Part shown: positions 41,168 to 53,689 of the stretch, in pieces
Numbering within the stretch: position 1 is the stretch's first letter
How the letters are laid out: each line of letters begins with the position of its first letter
Notes under the pieces: model-generated
Databases searched by the model: none
What the model saw: the letters and a program-made list of their open reading frames with translations, nothing else
Told to the model about the DNA's origin: nothing
Made by a program: the position numbers and the translations under genes
Assembly (NCBI GenBank): GCA_902511575.1
Contig: CABXFU010000005.1
Coordinates: forward strand, 2,753-66,752
Source: an uncultured SAR86 cluster bacterium
Lineage (GTDB): Bacteria > Pseudomonadota > Gammaproteobacteria > Magnimaribacterales > D2472
Direction: 5' to 3'
DNA length: 64,000 nucleotides

Positions 41168-41792
41168 AAGGACGTTATTATTTTTTATTTTAATCCCTGT
41201 TTTATTTAGTTGTTCAGGTGATATAAATCAAAAAGTGATTATAGTATTTGAGAAGCCTCCAGCTTTAAAACAAGAGCAAGAATTAGTTTTAAATTTATCT
41301 AGTCAGACCTCAAAGACAAACCTATCAAAATTATTAAATAATCAAAATTGGATTAAATCTTATTTAATTAAAAAAAATGCCTTCAAGCCCATAGAAGTAT
41401 TTATTGAGACAAAAGATCCTAAATATATTTGGCAAGATAGATTTTATTTAGATGATGATTTAACTAAATTTTTATATTTTGGAGAATACCCTGAATTATT
41501 ACATTTACATATACCAATTGAATTAGTTGATAAGTGGTCACAAGTAGAAGATCAAATTCAAGCAGTCATGGAAACCTATAATCTAAAAATTTTTTCCGTT
41601 TCTTATACAGAAGCAACTGGGTGGTCTTTTAATACTGCAAACAAGTTGCAAATTAATTTGGGCTCAGACCTTTCATTGGAAGTATTTCAAAAACTTTCTT
41701 TAACTTTAAAATATATTTTCGAAAAAAACTTAACTCCTAGTATTATTGATTTAAGATACAAAGATGGAGCGGCATTAAATTATGGCAAATAA
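41157..41792 (+). CDS. ftsQ: Cell division protein FtsQ (divergent, lipobox-like N-terminus)
   Basis: Between ddl and ftsA; C-terminal IDLRYKDGAAL typical of FtsQ. Start placed at ATG 41157 (ORF track begins 41133). Confidence 0.75.
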   Translation: MLSKRTLLFFILIPVLFSCSGDINQKVIIVFEKPPALKQEQELVLNLSSQTSKTNLSKLLNNQNWIKSYLIKKNAFKPIEVFIETKDPKYIWQDRFYLDDDLTKFLYFGEYPELLHLHIPIELVDKWSQVEDQIQAVMETYNLKIFSVSYTEATGWSFNTANKLQINLGSDLSLEVFQKLSLTLKYIFEKNLTPSIIDLRYKDGAALNYGK

Positions 41793-43011
41793 TGGAACAA
41801 AAGATTCCGACTATGTTGTTGGATTAGATATTGGAACCTCCAAGGTTGTTTGTATTATTGGAAGGTATGTTGATCAACATTCTATTGAAGTCATATCGAT
41901 GGGGTCTTATCCGTCTAGCGGTCTTAAAAAAGGTGTAGTGGTAAATATAGATGCTACTACAGACGCAATTCAAAAATCTATAGACCAAGCCCAGGCGTCA
42001 TTTGAAGGAAAGATTAAAAATGTATATGTAGGAATCGCAGGTAATCATATTCGAAGTTTAAATTCTCATGGAATAGTGGGTATAAAAGATAAGGAGGTTG
42101 AAGCAAGTGATATAGATAGAGTTATTGAAGCAGCTCAAGCTGTCGCAATACCATCGGATCAAAGAGTTCTTCATGTTCTGCCTCAAGAATATGTTATTGA
42201 TAATCAAGACTCTATTAGAGAGCCACTTGGGATGTCTGGTGTTAGACTAGAATCTCATGTGCATTTAGTGACTTGTGCGAATAATGCGATTCAAAATATA
42301 GAAAAATGTGTAAAACGATGTGGGATTGGGGTAGATGGTTTTGTTTTAGAACAACTTGCTAGCTCATATTCCGTATTATCAGAGGATGAAAAAGAGCTTG
42401 GAGTGTGTTTGGTCGACATAGGTGGAGGCACTACAGATATTGCAGTCTTTAACTCTGGTTCAATATCATTTACTGGAGTGATCCCTATTGCGGGCGATCA
42501 AGTAACCAGTGATATAGCTGTTGCTTTAAGAACTCCTACTGCTCAAGCAGAGGATATAAAGCAAAAACATGGCTGCGCGGCAGCTGAACTAACTCAAGAT
42601 GGAGAAACCTTAGAGGTAATGAGAGTTGGTGGCAGACCTCCGGAAGACTTATCAAGACGATCATTGGCTGAAATTATCGAACCAAGATACGTTGAGTTGT
42701 TTGATTTAGTTAAAGCGGAAATTAAACGTAATGGTTTTGAGCATAAAATCCCTGCAGGGATTGTGCTCACAGGTGGAACTTCAAAAATGGAAGGCGCGGT
42801 TGCCCTTGCTGAGTCTATTTTTCAAACCAGTGTAAGACTTGGTATTCCAGAGAAATTTAATGGAATGGAATCTGTTCTGAAAAATCCAATATATGCTACT
42901 GCTCTAGGTTTGGTGGGTTTTGGTTTCGATCAAATTAAGCAAGGCTACACTTTAGAAAATAATAAAAGTTTTTTTGATAAAGCTTTTGGCTTCTTAAAAA
43001 ATAATTATTGA
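41782..43011 (+). CDS. ftsA: Cell division protein FtsA
   Basis: GLDIGTSK, VDIGGGTTDI, GIVLTGG, C-terminal amphipathic helix. Confidence 0.98.
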   Translation: MANNGTKDSDYVVGLDIGTSKVVCIIGRYVDQHSIEVISMGSYPSSGLKKGVVVNIDATTDAIQKSIDQAQASFEGKIKNVYVGIAGNHIRSLNSHGIVGIKDKEVEASDIDRVIEAAQAVAIPSDQRVLHVLPQEYVIDNQDSIREPLGMSGVRLESHVHLVTCANNAIQNIEKCVKRCGIGVDGFVLEQLASSYSVLSEDEKELGVCLVDIGGGTTDIAVFNSGSISFTGVIPIAGDQVTSDIAVALRTPTAQAEDIKQKHGCAAAELTQDGETLEVMRVGGRPPEDLSRRSLAEIIEPRYVELFDLVKAEIKRNGFEHKIPAGIVLTGGTSKMEGAVALAESIFQTSVRLGIPEKFNGMESVLKNPIYATALGLVGFGFDQIKQGYTLENNKSFFDKAFGFLKNNY

Positions 43012-43036
43012 TTGCTGGATGCATTTGGCTTAGAAT
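43008..43036 (+). promoter_or_regulatory. Sigma-70 promoter of rpsF operon
   Basis: TTGATT (43008-43013), 17-nt spacer, TAGAAT (43031-43036). Confidence 0.6.
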
Positions 43037-43041
43037 TCACG

Positions 43042-43091
43042 CTCCTTGGTTTTTTGATGTTCAAAAAATCTACTAACCCATAAGGAAAAAT
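43042..43091 (+). promoter_or_regulatory. S6:S18 ribosomal protein leader (autoregulatory RNA)
   Basis: TCCTT (43043-47) pairs with SD AAGGA (43082-86); inner stem TTTTTTGA/TCAAAAAA; CCA (CCR) motif just before the SD, as in the known rpsF leader. Confidence 0.7.
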
Positions 43092-43532
43092 ATGAACAAC
43101 TACGAATTAACTTTAATACTCAATCCTGATTTATCTACTAAGTTTGATGATTTTCAGACTAAGTTTGAAAAAACTCTTACAGATATAAACTTTAAAATTA
43201 ATAAGCTTGAGAACATCGGTCGCAGGCAACTTGCTTACAGTATCTTAAATCATAATAAAGGACACTATGCTATCTTTCAGATTGAAGGCCCCGCTGAGGC
43301 TGCTTTAGAGCTTGAGTCTAAATTAAAATACGATACATCTGTAATACGGCACCTTTTGCTTAAAGTTGATTCTCCATCTCTAGAGGATTCATTGCTGCTT
43401 GTTGAATCAAGAGAGGCAAAAAAATCACCTCAAGAAGAAGACCAGAGCCAAGAAAAACCAAAAACTCCTCCAGCAGAAACAAATACTGCGGCTGAGTCTG
43501 TTGTCAAAGAAGAATCAAAGGAAGGTGAGTAA
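43092..43532 (+). CDS. rpsF: 30S ribosomal protein S6 with long acidic C-terminal tail
   Basis: [24 protein letters not shown]. Confidence 0.95.
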   Translation: MNNYELTLILNPDLSTKFDDFQTKFEKTLTDINFKINKLENIGRRQLAYSILNHNKGHYAIFQIEGPAEAALELESKLKYDTSVIRHLLLKVDSPSLEDSLLLVESREAKKSPQEEDQSQEKPKTPPAETNTAAESVVKEESKEGE

Positions 43533-43723
43533 TGGCTGAATCTAATCATAAAAATTTTAATTATAAGAATGTTGATCTTTTAAAAAGATATATTACTGAA
43601 ACAGGAAAAATCATTCCTGCAAGAGTTTCCAATATTAGCGCTTCAGAGCAGAGAAAATTAACAAAAGCAATTAAGATTGCACGATTTTTAGCTTTACTCC
43701 CATACACAGATTCCCATAGATAA
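43532..43723 (+). CDS. rpsR: 30S ribosomal protein S18 (N-terminally short)
   Basis: [34 protein letters not shown]. Confidence 0.96.
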   Translation: MAESNHKNFNYKNVDLLKRYITETGKIIPARVSNISASEQRKLTKAIKIARFLALLPYTDSHR

Positions 43724-43726
43724 ATT

Positions 43727-44173
43727 ATGAAAATTATACTTTTAGATAAAATCCAAAAATTAGGTGAAATTGGAGATGTTGTTGAGGTGAGCTCAGGATA
43801 TGCCAGAAATTTTCTTATTCCTAAGAAGAAAGCCATGTTCGCTTCAGATGAAAACCTCAAGTATGTTGAAAGTAAAAAAGCCGAACTAGCCGCAGCTTCA
43901 GCAGATGAGATGGCAAATGCCCAGGGTAAAGCTGAAACAGTTTCTGGGGCTAAGGTTGAAATTAAAGTTCAAGTCACTGAAGAGGGTGCTTTGTATGGTT
44001 CAGTAGGAACTAGAGAAATCTCTGATGCATTCACTGAAATTGACCATGTTGTAGATAAAAGCGTTATCCAGTTACCTGATGGACCTTTAAAAGAACTTGG
44101 TGATTATTCAATCACTTTATTATTCCATCCTGAAGTTTCATGTGTTGTTGAGGTGTCTGTTCAACCAGAGTAG
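43727..44173 (+). CDS. rplI: 50S ribosomal protein L9
   Basis: LGEIGDVVEVSSGYARNFLIP, LYGSVG. Confidence 0.97.
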   Translation: MKIILLDKIQKLGEIGDVVEVSSGYARNFLIPKKKAMFASDENLKYVESKKAELAAASADEMANAQGKAETVSGAKVEIKVQVTEEGALYGSVGTREISDAFTEIDHVVDKSVIQLPDGPLKELGDYSITLLFHPEVSCVVEVSVQPE

Positions 44174-44209
44174 TTGTTATCTTAATAATATGATGTAAGA
44201 ATCATATTT

Positions 44210-45580
44210 ATGTCTAGCAAATCCATAGAAAATACAGAGCAAGTTAGAGAGCTTGAGAGGGCTATCTTAGGCGGCCTAATGCTTGAAACTGAAAGATATG
44301 ATGCTGTAAGCGAGATCATTGAATTCACTGATTTTGAGGGCCAAGATCATCAAAATATTTTTCAGTCAATGGGTGAGCTTGTTAATTCCAATAAACCCCT
44401 TGATCCATTGACGGTCTCAGATCGACTTGATAGCAAAAATCTCTTAACAAGAGCAGGTGGTAAGAATTATTTAATTGATTTAGCTTCTACCAGTCCCTCT
44501 GCAGCTAATTTAGAAGCATATGCTGGCATGGTTAGGCAAAAATCTATTTCAAGAAGGCTAATGAAAATCAACTCTGAGATTTCTGAGCTTATTGTTAACC
44601 CTCAAGGAAAAGATGCAGCTGAATTACTTGATGAAGCTGAAACAAAAATTTTTTCACTAAATGATGAAGCAAGTAGGACATCAACCAATATTCAGAAATT
44701 AGATGAGCTAATTCCTCAATCAATTGAAAGAATGAATGAAATTGCCAAAAATGGATCCTCTCTTCTTGGAGCTTCGACAGGGTACAAAGATATTGATAGT
44801 AAGTTACAGGGGCTACAAGATGGAGACTTGATAATTGTTGCTGCTAGACCAAGCATGGGTAAAACAGCGTTGAGCATGAATATTGTTGAAAACTTTGTGC
44901 TTAATAAAGATATTCTTGGTGGCGTCTTAGTATTCAGTCTTGAAATGCCGGCTGAATCATTGACCACTAGATTACTAGCAAGTAACGCTAAGATTGATCA
45001 ACAAAAAGTTAGATCAGCATCGATGAATCAAGCTGATCTTAAAAAGTTTATGGAGTCATCTTCAAAATTAAAAGATTTACCTCTTTATATCGACGATAGC
45101 TCAATGCTCTCACCTATGGAGTTGCGCGCAAGAGCTCGTCGAATTGCTAGACAGGAGCCCAATGGATTGTCTTTAATAGTTGTGGACTATCTTCAGTTAA
45201 TGCAATTGCCTGCATCGCAAGAAAATAGAGTAAATCAAATATCAGAAATTTCTAGATCTTTAAAGATGCTTGCTAAAGAACTTAATGTCCCTGTGATTGC
45301 ATTATCTCAGTTAAATCGAGCTGTAGAACAAAGACCCAATAAACGACCCATTATGGCTGATTTAAGAGATTCAGGTGCGATTGAGCAAGATGCAGATGTA
45401 ATTTTATTTATCTACAGAGACGAGGTTTATAACGAAGATTCTGAAGAGGGAAACAAGGCTGAGATTATTATTGGAAAACAAAGAAATGGACCGATCGGTA
45501 AAGTGAATCTGACTTTTCTTAAGGAATATACTAGGTTTGAAGACTTTGCTGTTGATAGCTATTACGACTCTATACAATGA
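44210..45580 (+). CDS. dnaB: Replicative DNA helicase (no intein)
   Basis: AARPSMGKT, FSLEM, VDYLQLM, LSQLNR, DLRDSGAIEQDAD, KQRNGP. Confidence 0.98.
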   Translation: MSSKSIENTEQVRELERAILGGLMLETERYDAVSEIIEFTDFEGQDHQNIFQSMGELVNSNKPLDPLTVSDRLDSKNLLTRAGGKNYLIDLASTSPSAANLEAYAGMVRQKSISRRLMKINSEISELIVNPQGKDAAELLDEAETKIFSLNDEASRTSTNIQKLDELIPQSIERMNEIAKNGSSLLGASTGYKDIDSKLQGLQDGDLIIVAARPSMGKTALSMNIVENFVLNKDILGGVLVFSLEMPAESLTTRLLASNAKIDQQKVRSASMNQADLKKFMESSSKLKDLPLYIDDSSMLSPMELRARARRIARQEPNGLSLIVVDYLQLMQLPASQENRVNQISEISRSLKMLAKELNVPVIALSQLNRAVEQRPNKRPIMADLRDSGAIEQDADVILFIYRDEVYNEDSEEGNKAEIIIGKQRNGPIGKVNLTFLKEYTRFEDFAVDSYYDSIQ

Positions 45581-46626
45581 TTGAACCAAATTCTGAGCTT
45601 GTAATTGATTATGAGCTTGTAAGAAATAATATCCAAGTTATTAAAACCAACCTACCTACCAATTGCAAAATCTTGGGCGTCATAAAAAGTAATGCTTATG
45701 GACATGATCTTGAAAAGGCTACTCAGGCATTAGATGATGCAATAGATGGATATGGTGTTGTCAGATTGGGAGAGGCTCTTAAGATAAGAGAAAACTCTTT
45801 AAAGCCAATTTTGGCTATGCAAGGCGTATATTCATCAGATGCTTATGATTCTTTAAAACAAAATAATATCTGGTCTGTTGTCCATTCAATTTCACAATTA
45901 CCACTGGCAAAGCAATACCAAGATGATTTGCTGTTTTGGATAAAAGTTAATACTGGAATGAACAGACTTGGCATTGCGATAGATGAGCTTGATCAGTTTC
46001 AATCACTTTTAAAGGATTCAAATGTTTTGATGACGCATTTAGCTTGTGCGGATCACCCAGCAGATGATCTTAATAATACTCAATTTAAGAATTTTGACTA
46101 TGCTTGGGATCGGGTTGAAAATGATATGCAGCGAAGCGTATTAAATTCAGCAGGAGTATTTAATTTTCCTGATCAAGCATATGACTGGGTTAGACCAGGT
46201 ATTGCAATGTATGGGGGAATTGCCTTTCCTGGTTTAAAAACTGCTATGACGTTTAGAAGTCAAATTATCTCTATTCAATCCTTGGATCAAAATGAAAGAA
46301 TTGGATATGGCGGAAGGGTAAAGACAAGCAAGCCATCTAAGATTGCTATTGTTTATTGCGGTTACGCAGATGGTTTCCCTCAAACAGCAATAGATGGAAC
46401 TTCTGTAATAGTCAACAGCCATAAATCTAAAATTATTGGAAGAGTCAGCATGGATCTTATTTCAATTGATGTGACAGAAATCCCTGATTGCAAAATTGGA
46501 GATTGGTGTGAATTGTGGTCACCTGATTTGTCAATACTAGAGAATGCTAAAAAAAATAATTTGATTTCTTACGAACTTATGACCAAAATGAGCCAAAGAG
46601 TGAAACGGCAATATCTAAATATATGA
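45577..46626 (+). CDS. alr: Alanine racemase
   Basis: VIKSNAYGH (PLP Lys), TGMNRLG, RPGIAMYG, GRVSMD. Confidence 0.96.
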   Translation: MIEPNSELVIDYELVRNNIQVIKTNLPTNCKILGVIKSNAYGHDLEKATQALDDAIDGYGVVRLGEALKIRENSLKPILAMQGVYSSDAYDSLKQNNIWSVVHSISQLPLAKQYQDDLLFWIKVNTGMNRLGIAIDELDQFQSLLKDSNVLMTHLACADHPADDLNNTQFKNFDYAWDRVENDMQRSVLNSAGVFNFPDQAYDWVRPGIAMYGGIAFPGLKTAMTFRSQIISIQSLDQNERIGYGGRVKTSKPSKIAIVYCGYADGFPQTAIDGTSVIVNSHKSKIIGRVSMDLISIDVTEIPDCKIGDWCELWSPDLSILENAKKNNLISYELMTKMSQRVKRQYLNI

Positions 46627-47702
46627 AAATAAAATATACCAAAAATAACCCTAGAGATATTAAATTAGAGGAAGATTTACCTCCTTATATGACTGAGGGA
46701 GTTGCTAATGATATTGCGGAAATTTTTAATACGCCATTATCTGGAGCATATAACTGGGATTACACCGTTCAGGATAACAGGATTAAAAAACTATATGAGT
46801 TAGGCAAGGAACTCAATTGGAATGTTGAAGTTGATGTGGATTGGTCCAGACCCTTTGAGTTGCTGACTGAACCGACCCCAATCTTTTGGGATGATTACGC
46901 TCCATATCAAAAATTTTCTGATGATAAAAAAGTAGAATTTTTAAATCATCGAATTGCTTGGAGTCAGAGTCAATTTCTTCATGGGGAGCAAGGAGCTTTG
47001 TTGGTGGCTTCTCAACTCACATCTTGTGCTCCAACCTACAATGCAAAACTCTATGCAGCATCACAAACATTTGATGAAGCTAGGCATGTGGAAGCTTTTA
47101 ATAAGTATATTCAAACAAGAACAAAGCTCATGTATCCAATTGGTAATGCTTTGAAGTCAATTCTAGATAAAATTCTTACTGATCCCAGATGGGATCTGAA
47201 GTTTATTGGCATGCAAATTATTATTGAAGGATTAGCCTTGGCTGCATTTCAAACCTCAAGAGAGCTTACAAAGGATCCAGTTTTACGAGACATGCTTGGC
47301 TTGATCATTCGAGATGAGGCTAGGCACGTTACCTTTGGAATAAATTATTTAGAAGAGTTTGTTGAAACCTTATCAGAAGATGAAAAAGAAGACCGCGCTC
47401 AATTTGCCTATGAAGCATGCTGGCTTAGCAGAGAGCGGCTTGTTTCAATGGACGTATTTGAGCATTTTGGCTGGAATGCCGAGGATGCAAGACAATTTCA
47501 ACTAAGTTCTGATATTACTAAGCATTTCCAAAAACTGCTTTTTCAAAGAGTCATGCCAAACCTTAGAAGAATTGGATTATTAAGAGATTCTGTTAAAGGT
47601 AAATTTGAAGATCTGGGTATTTTAGAATACGCTGAAGCCAAAAGTGACGCTGAGATTGATTGGGCTGATCTATCAAGACCTTTATTTGAAGAATCTGCTT
47701 AA
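46623..47702 (+). CDS. Ferritin-like diiron protein (AurF/R2-like fold), function unknown
   Basis: HGEQGA...DEARH and IIEGLA...DEARH, paired E...ExxH diiron ligand sets. Confidence 0.8.
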   Translation: MKIKYTKNNPRDIKLEEDLPPYMTEGVANDIAEIFNTPLSGAYNWDYTVQDNRIKKLYELGKELNWNVEVDVDWSRPFELLTEPTPIFWDDYAPYQKFSDDKKVEFLNHRIAWSQSQFLHGEQGALLVASQLTSCAPTYNAKLYAASQTFDEARHVEAFNKYIQTRTKLMYPIGNALKSILDKILTDPRWDLKFIGMQIIIEGLALAAFQTSRELTKDPVLRDMLGLIIRDEARHVTFGINYLEEFVETLSEDEKEDRAQFAYEACWLSRERLVSMDVFEHFGWNAEDARQFQLSSDITKHFQKLLFQRVMPNLRRIGLLRDSVKGKFEDLGILEYAEAKSDAEIDWADLSRPLFEESA

Positions 47703-47756
47703 CTTAGTTTTTATTAGGGCTAGAATCTGATATTCTGTATTCCCATCATAACTTAA

Positions 47757-50226
<2,470 letters not shown>

Positions 50227-50227
<1 letters not shown>

Positions 50228-51516
50228 TGTCAATCATTAACTCTATCCAGGCAATTCAAATCATAGATTCTCGAGGAACTCCAACAGTTTCTTGCAAGGT
50301 AACTTTAGATAATGGTATTTATGCAACTTCAATGGTTCCTAGTGGAGCGTCTACAGGGTCTAGAGAGGCTTTAGAGCTAAGAGATGGTGCTTCAACTTAC
50401 AAGGGCAAAGGAGTCACTAAAGCCGTAGCAAATATTCATGAAATCATAGCTCCTGCATTAGTTGGTATGGATGTAACTAATCAGCAAGAAATTGATGAAA
50501 CAATGCTTGCTTTAGATGGAACTTCATCTAAATCAAAACTCGGTGCTAATGCGATTTTAGGTGTCTCATTGGCAGTCTTGGATGCTGGGTCAAAAACATT
50601 GGAGTTACCTTTGTATGAACACATAAATCAAGTCTTTGCTAATATCAATGGTGAAAAACCAAGGATGCAAATGCCGACTCCAATGTTAAATATTATCAAT
50701 GGCGGTGAGCATGCTGATAATAATATTGATATTCAGGAGTTTATGATCATGCCTATTGGAGCTAATAATTTCTCTCAGGCTATGCAATGGGCTACAGAAA
50801 TATACTCTGATCTAAAGAATATTTTGAATGCAAAAGGTTTAAGCACTAGTGTTGGAGATGAAGGAGGGTTTGCTCCGAACCTTCAGTCCAATCAAGAGGC
50901 GATTGAGCTTATTATTCAAGCTATTAGAAATAATAACCTTACCGAGGGTAAGGATGTTGGAATAGCTTTAGATTGTGCTGCTTCAGAGTTTTATAACAAC
51001 GGTATTTATAATCTTCAAGGAGAATCTATCAAGTTGAACTCCAGTGAATTTACCAACTATCTATCCGAGTTGACTCGTCAATACCCTATATTTTCTATAG
51101 AAGATGGGATGGATGAGAGTGATTTTGAGGGATGGAAAAACCTCAACAAAGCTTTAGGAGATAGTTGTCAATTAGTTGGAGATGACCTGTTTGTAACCAA
51201 TGTAGCTGAGCTTCAAAGAGGAATTGATGATTCTCTAGCAAACTCCATCCTCATTAAATTTAATCAAATCGGAACTATTACAGAAACTATGAAAACTATC
51301 CACCTGGGTAATCAGCATGGATTTAAATCGATTATTTCTCACAGATCAGGTGAAACAGAAGATAGTACAATTGCAGATCTTTGTGTGGGCTTGGGCACAG
51401 GTCAAATTAAAACAGGCGCACCTTGCAGATCTGACAGGGTGGCAAAATATAATAGATTGCTTTGGATTGAGGCTGAGCAATCTGATCTACCTTTTGCCAA
51501 AAATGTTATTGGTTAA
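50227..51516 (+). CDS. eno: Enolase
   Basis: DSRGTPTV, PSGASTG, GDEGGFAP, SHRSGETED, RSDRVAKYN. Confidence 0.99.
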
Positions 51517-51805
51517 ATTTTTAAATTTACTAGTTTTTTCTTTGATAATCGTAGCTTTATATAATCTTTTTTTTGGCATTGATAGTAAAAGAAATTTTTT
51601 AGCTCTTCAAAAAGAAAATCAAGAGCTGCTATTAAAAAATAAAGCTCTCGCAAAAGAAAATAATTTGCTGGAGTTAGGCATTCAAAGCAAACAAAAAAAT
51701 GATGCTCATGCAGAAAAGTTTGCAAGGGAAGAGTTAAATTTAATCTATCAAGACGAGCAATTTCTTAAATTCGAAGAGAACAAGCCTAATGAACCACAGC
51801 AATAA
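51503..51805 (+). CDS. ftsB: Cell division protein FtsB (septum formation initiator)
   Basis: TM plus coiled coil, EKFAREELNLI; between eno and ispD. True start likely ATG 51503 (ORF-track extension overlaps eno). Confidence 0.8.
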   Translation: MLLVKFLNLLVFSLIIVALYNLFFGIDSKRNFLALQKENQELLLKNKALAKENNLLELGIQSKQKNDAHAEKFAREELNLIYQDEQFLKFEENKPNEPQQ

Positions 51806-52940
51806 AATTGCAGTTATTATTCCGGCTGCAGGCGCTAGCAGTCGTTTCGGTGGTTTAATTCCTAAGCAATTTTCAAGGCTGGGAGATGAAACAGTTCTCG
51901 AAAAATCTGTTAATTTATTTTTAGGAATATCAAGTGTTAATCAGGTTGTAATTGCCATAAATCAAAATGAGGATTTGATCAAATCTCAATCTTTCTATCA
52001 AGATCCAAGAATTAAAATTGTTGCAGGAGGGAGCACAAGAAGTGAGTCAGTTTTTAATGCCATAGCAGAGGTTGATGAAAGTATAGAGATTGTGGCAATT
52101 CATGATGCTGCAAGACCTTGGTTAAAAAAAATTCATTTTGAAGATTTATTGTCTCACCTAGCTAATGATCAATCTATTGAGGGAGTATTTCCTGTAATAT
52201 CAACAACTGATTCACTGCGAATGAAACAGGGTGATGATGTTATTCCTGTTGAACGAGAAAATTTTTTTCATGTTCAAACACCTCAAATTTTTTATCATGA
52301 TTCTCTTAAATTAGCGCTTGATAAGTTACAGCAGAAAGGACTGCATATGAGTGATGAGTCTCAAGCTATGGAACATGCTGGATTTAAGGTTTTAGCAGTG
52401 CCTGGAGAAAGGTCAAATATTAAAATTACATATTTTGAGGATTTAATTCATCATATTGGAACAGATCTTCGAATTGGAAGAGGGGTAGATTTTCACCAAT
52501 TTCAACCAGGGGATGGTTTAACCCTTGGTAATGTTTTTATCGACTGCAAACTTTCTATCGTTGCTCATTCAGATGGAGACATCATATTGCATGCTATATC
52601 TGATGCACTGCTTGGTGCAGCAGGTTTAAGAGATATTGGTTACTACTTTCCTGATACTGATCCAGAAAATAAAAACTTGAGCAGTTTAAAAATTGTTGAA
52701 AAGGCATTAGATTTATTAAAAGGAAGCGGCCTGCAGCCAAGGAATATCGATTTTGTTGTTGTATGCGAGCAACCAAAAATTGCTCCTTACGTTGATGATT
52801 TAAAAAAGTCTCTTTCATCAATTTTAAATATTGAAGAAAGCTTCATTGGAGCAAAGGCAACCACTACAGAAAAGATGGGCGTGATTGGTAATGGCAATGG
52901 AATCGCAGTCTTCGCTATAGCTTCCTTAAGGAGTCTTTGA
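51789..52940 (+). CDS. ispDF: Bifunctional IspD/IspF (MEP pathway)
   Basis: IspD motifs PAAG..SRF, PKQF, HDAARP, QTPQ, NIKIT, then IspF motifs RIGRGVDFH, HSDGD, DIG..FPD, KATTTEKMG in one ORF. Confidence 0.95.
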   Translation: MNHSNKIAVIIPAAGASSRFGGLIPKQFSRLGDETVLEKSVNLFLGISSVNQVVIAINQNEDLIKSQSFYQDPRIKIVAGGSTRSESVFNAIAEVDESIEIVAIHDAARPWLKKIHFEDLLSHLANDQSIEGVFPVISTTDSLRMKQGDDVIPVERENFFHVQTPQIFYHDSLKLALDKLQQKGLHMSDESQAMEHAGFKVLAVPGERSNIKITYFEDLIHHIGTDLRIGRGVDFHQFQPGDGLTLGNVFIDCKLSIVAHSDGDIILHAISDALLGAAGLRDIGYYFPDTDPENKNLSSLKIVEKALDLLKGSGLQPRNIDFVVVCEQPKIAPYVDDLKKSLSSILNIEESFIGAKATTTEKMGVIGNGNGIAVFAIASLRSL

Positions 52941-53689
52941 TGAATATTCTATTAACCAATGATGATGGCTATAAGGCTTCGGGCATAAATCAATTATTTA
53001 AAACGTTATGCACTGAGCACAAGGTGTTTTTAATTGCTCCTGGAGAAAATTGCAGTGGAATGAGCGCAGCAATCAGCTTACGCAAAGAAATAAAAGTTGA
53101 AGAAATTTCAGGTAATATTTTTTCAGTTTCAGGCACACCTGCAGATTGCTCATATCTTGGTTTATTGTCAGTAATTCCTGAGCCAATTGATATGATCGTT
53201 TCTGGAATTAATTTAGGAGCTAATTTAGGAGAAGACATTTTTTATTCCGGAACTGTAGGCGCAGCAATTGCGGGTCGAAGACTGAATTACGTTCCTGTTG
53301 CATTTTCTGTAGCAGCGTATAACCCAAAAAATTTAACATATATTGCAGAACAATCGCTGATAATTACCAATCAAGTTTCTAAGCTCCCATCTGATCAAAA
53401 CTTGCTTGTGAATGTGAACTTTCCTGATTTGCCATCCTCAAAAATTAAAGGAGTTCGAATCACCTCACTTGGTAAAAGAGGGGTGCCAGATACTCCAGAT
53501 CTTATTCGGCGTGAAGATTCTGCTAAGTTTTATAGTTTTGGACCTTCCGGCGCGCTATTGCCTGATCAAGTGGGAACAGATATTCAGGCAATTGAGCAAA
53601 GTTATATTTCTATCTCAATACTTGATTATAATTTAGGCGCTAATGAGGTGCGCTGGGATCTTTACAGAGAGGTTTTTAATTGTGAGTAG
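52937..53689 (+). CDS. surE: 5'/3'-nucleotidase SurE
   Basis: ILLTNDDG, GTPADC, SGINLGANLG, YSGTVGAA. Confidence 0.97.
   Translation: MMNILLTNDDGYKASGINQLFKTLCTEHKVFLIAPGENCSGMSAAISLRKEIKVEEISGNIFSVSGTPADCSYLGLLSVIPEPIDMIVSGINLGANLGEDIFYSGTVGAAIAGRRLNYVPVAFSVAAYNPKNLTYIAEQSLIITNQVSKLPSDQNLLVNVNFPDLPSSKIKGVRITSLGKRGVPDTPDLIRREDSAKFYSFGPSGALLPDQVGTDIQAIEQSYISISILDYNLGANEVRWDLYREVFNCE

Noticed and set aside
43532-43532. priB absent between rpsF and rpsR
   Set aside because: Also absent at this locus in Pseudomonas-like genomes; not unusual
44210-45580. Possible inteins in DnaB (or RecA)
   Set aside because: Both proteins are of normal length with contiguous motifs
51317-51502. 62-aa N-terminal extension of FtsB in the ORF track
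   Set aside because: Overlaps eno out of frame; the FtsB-like sequence begins at ATG 51503
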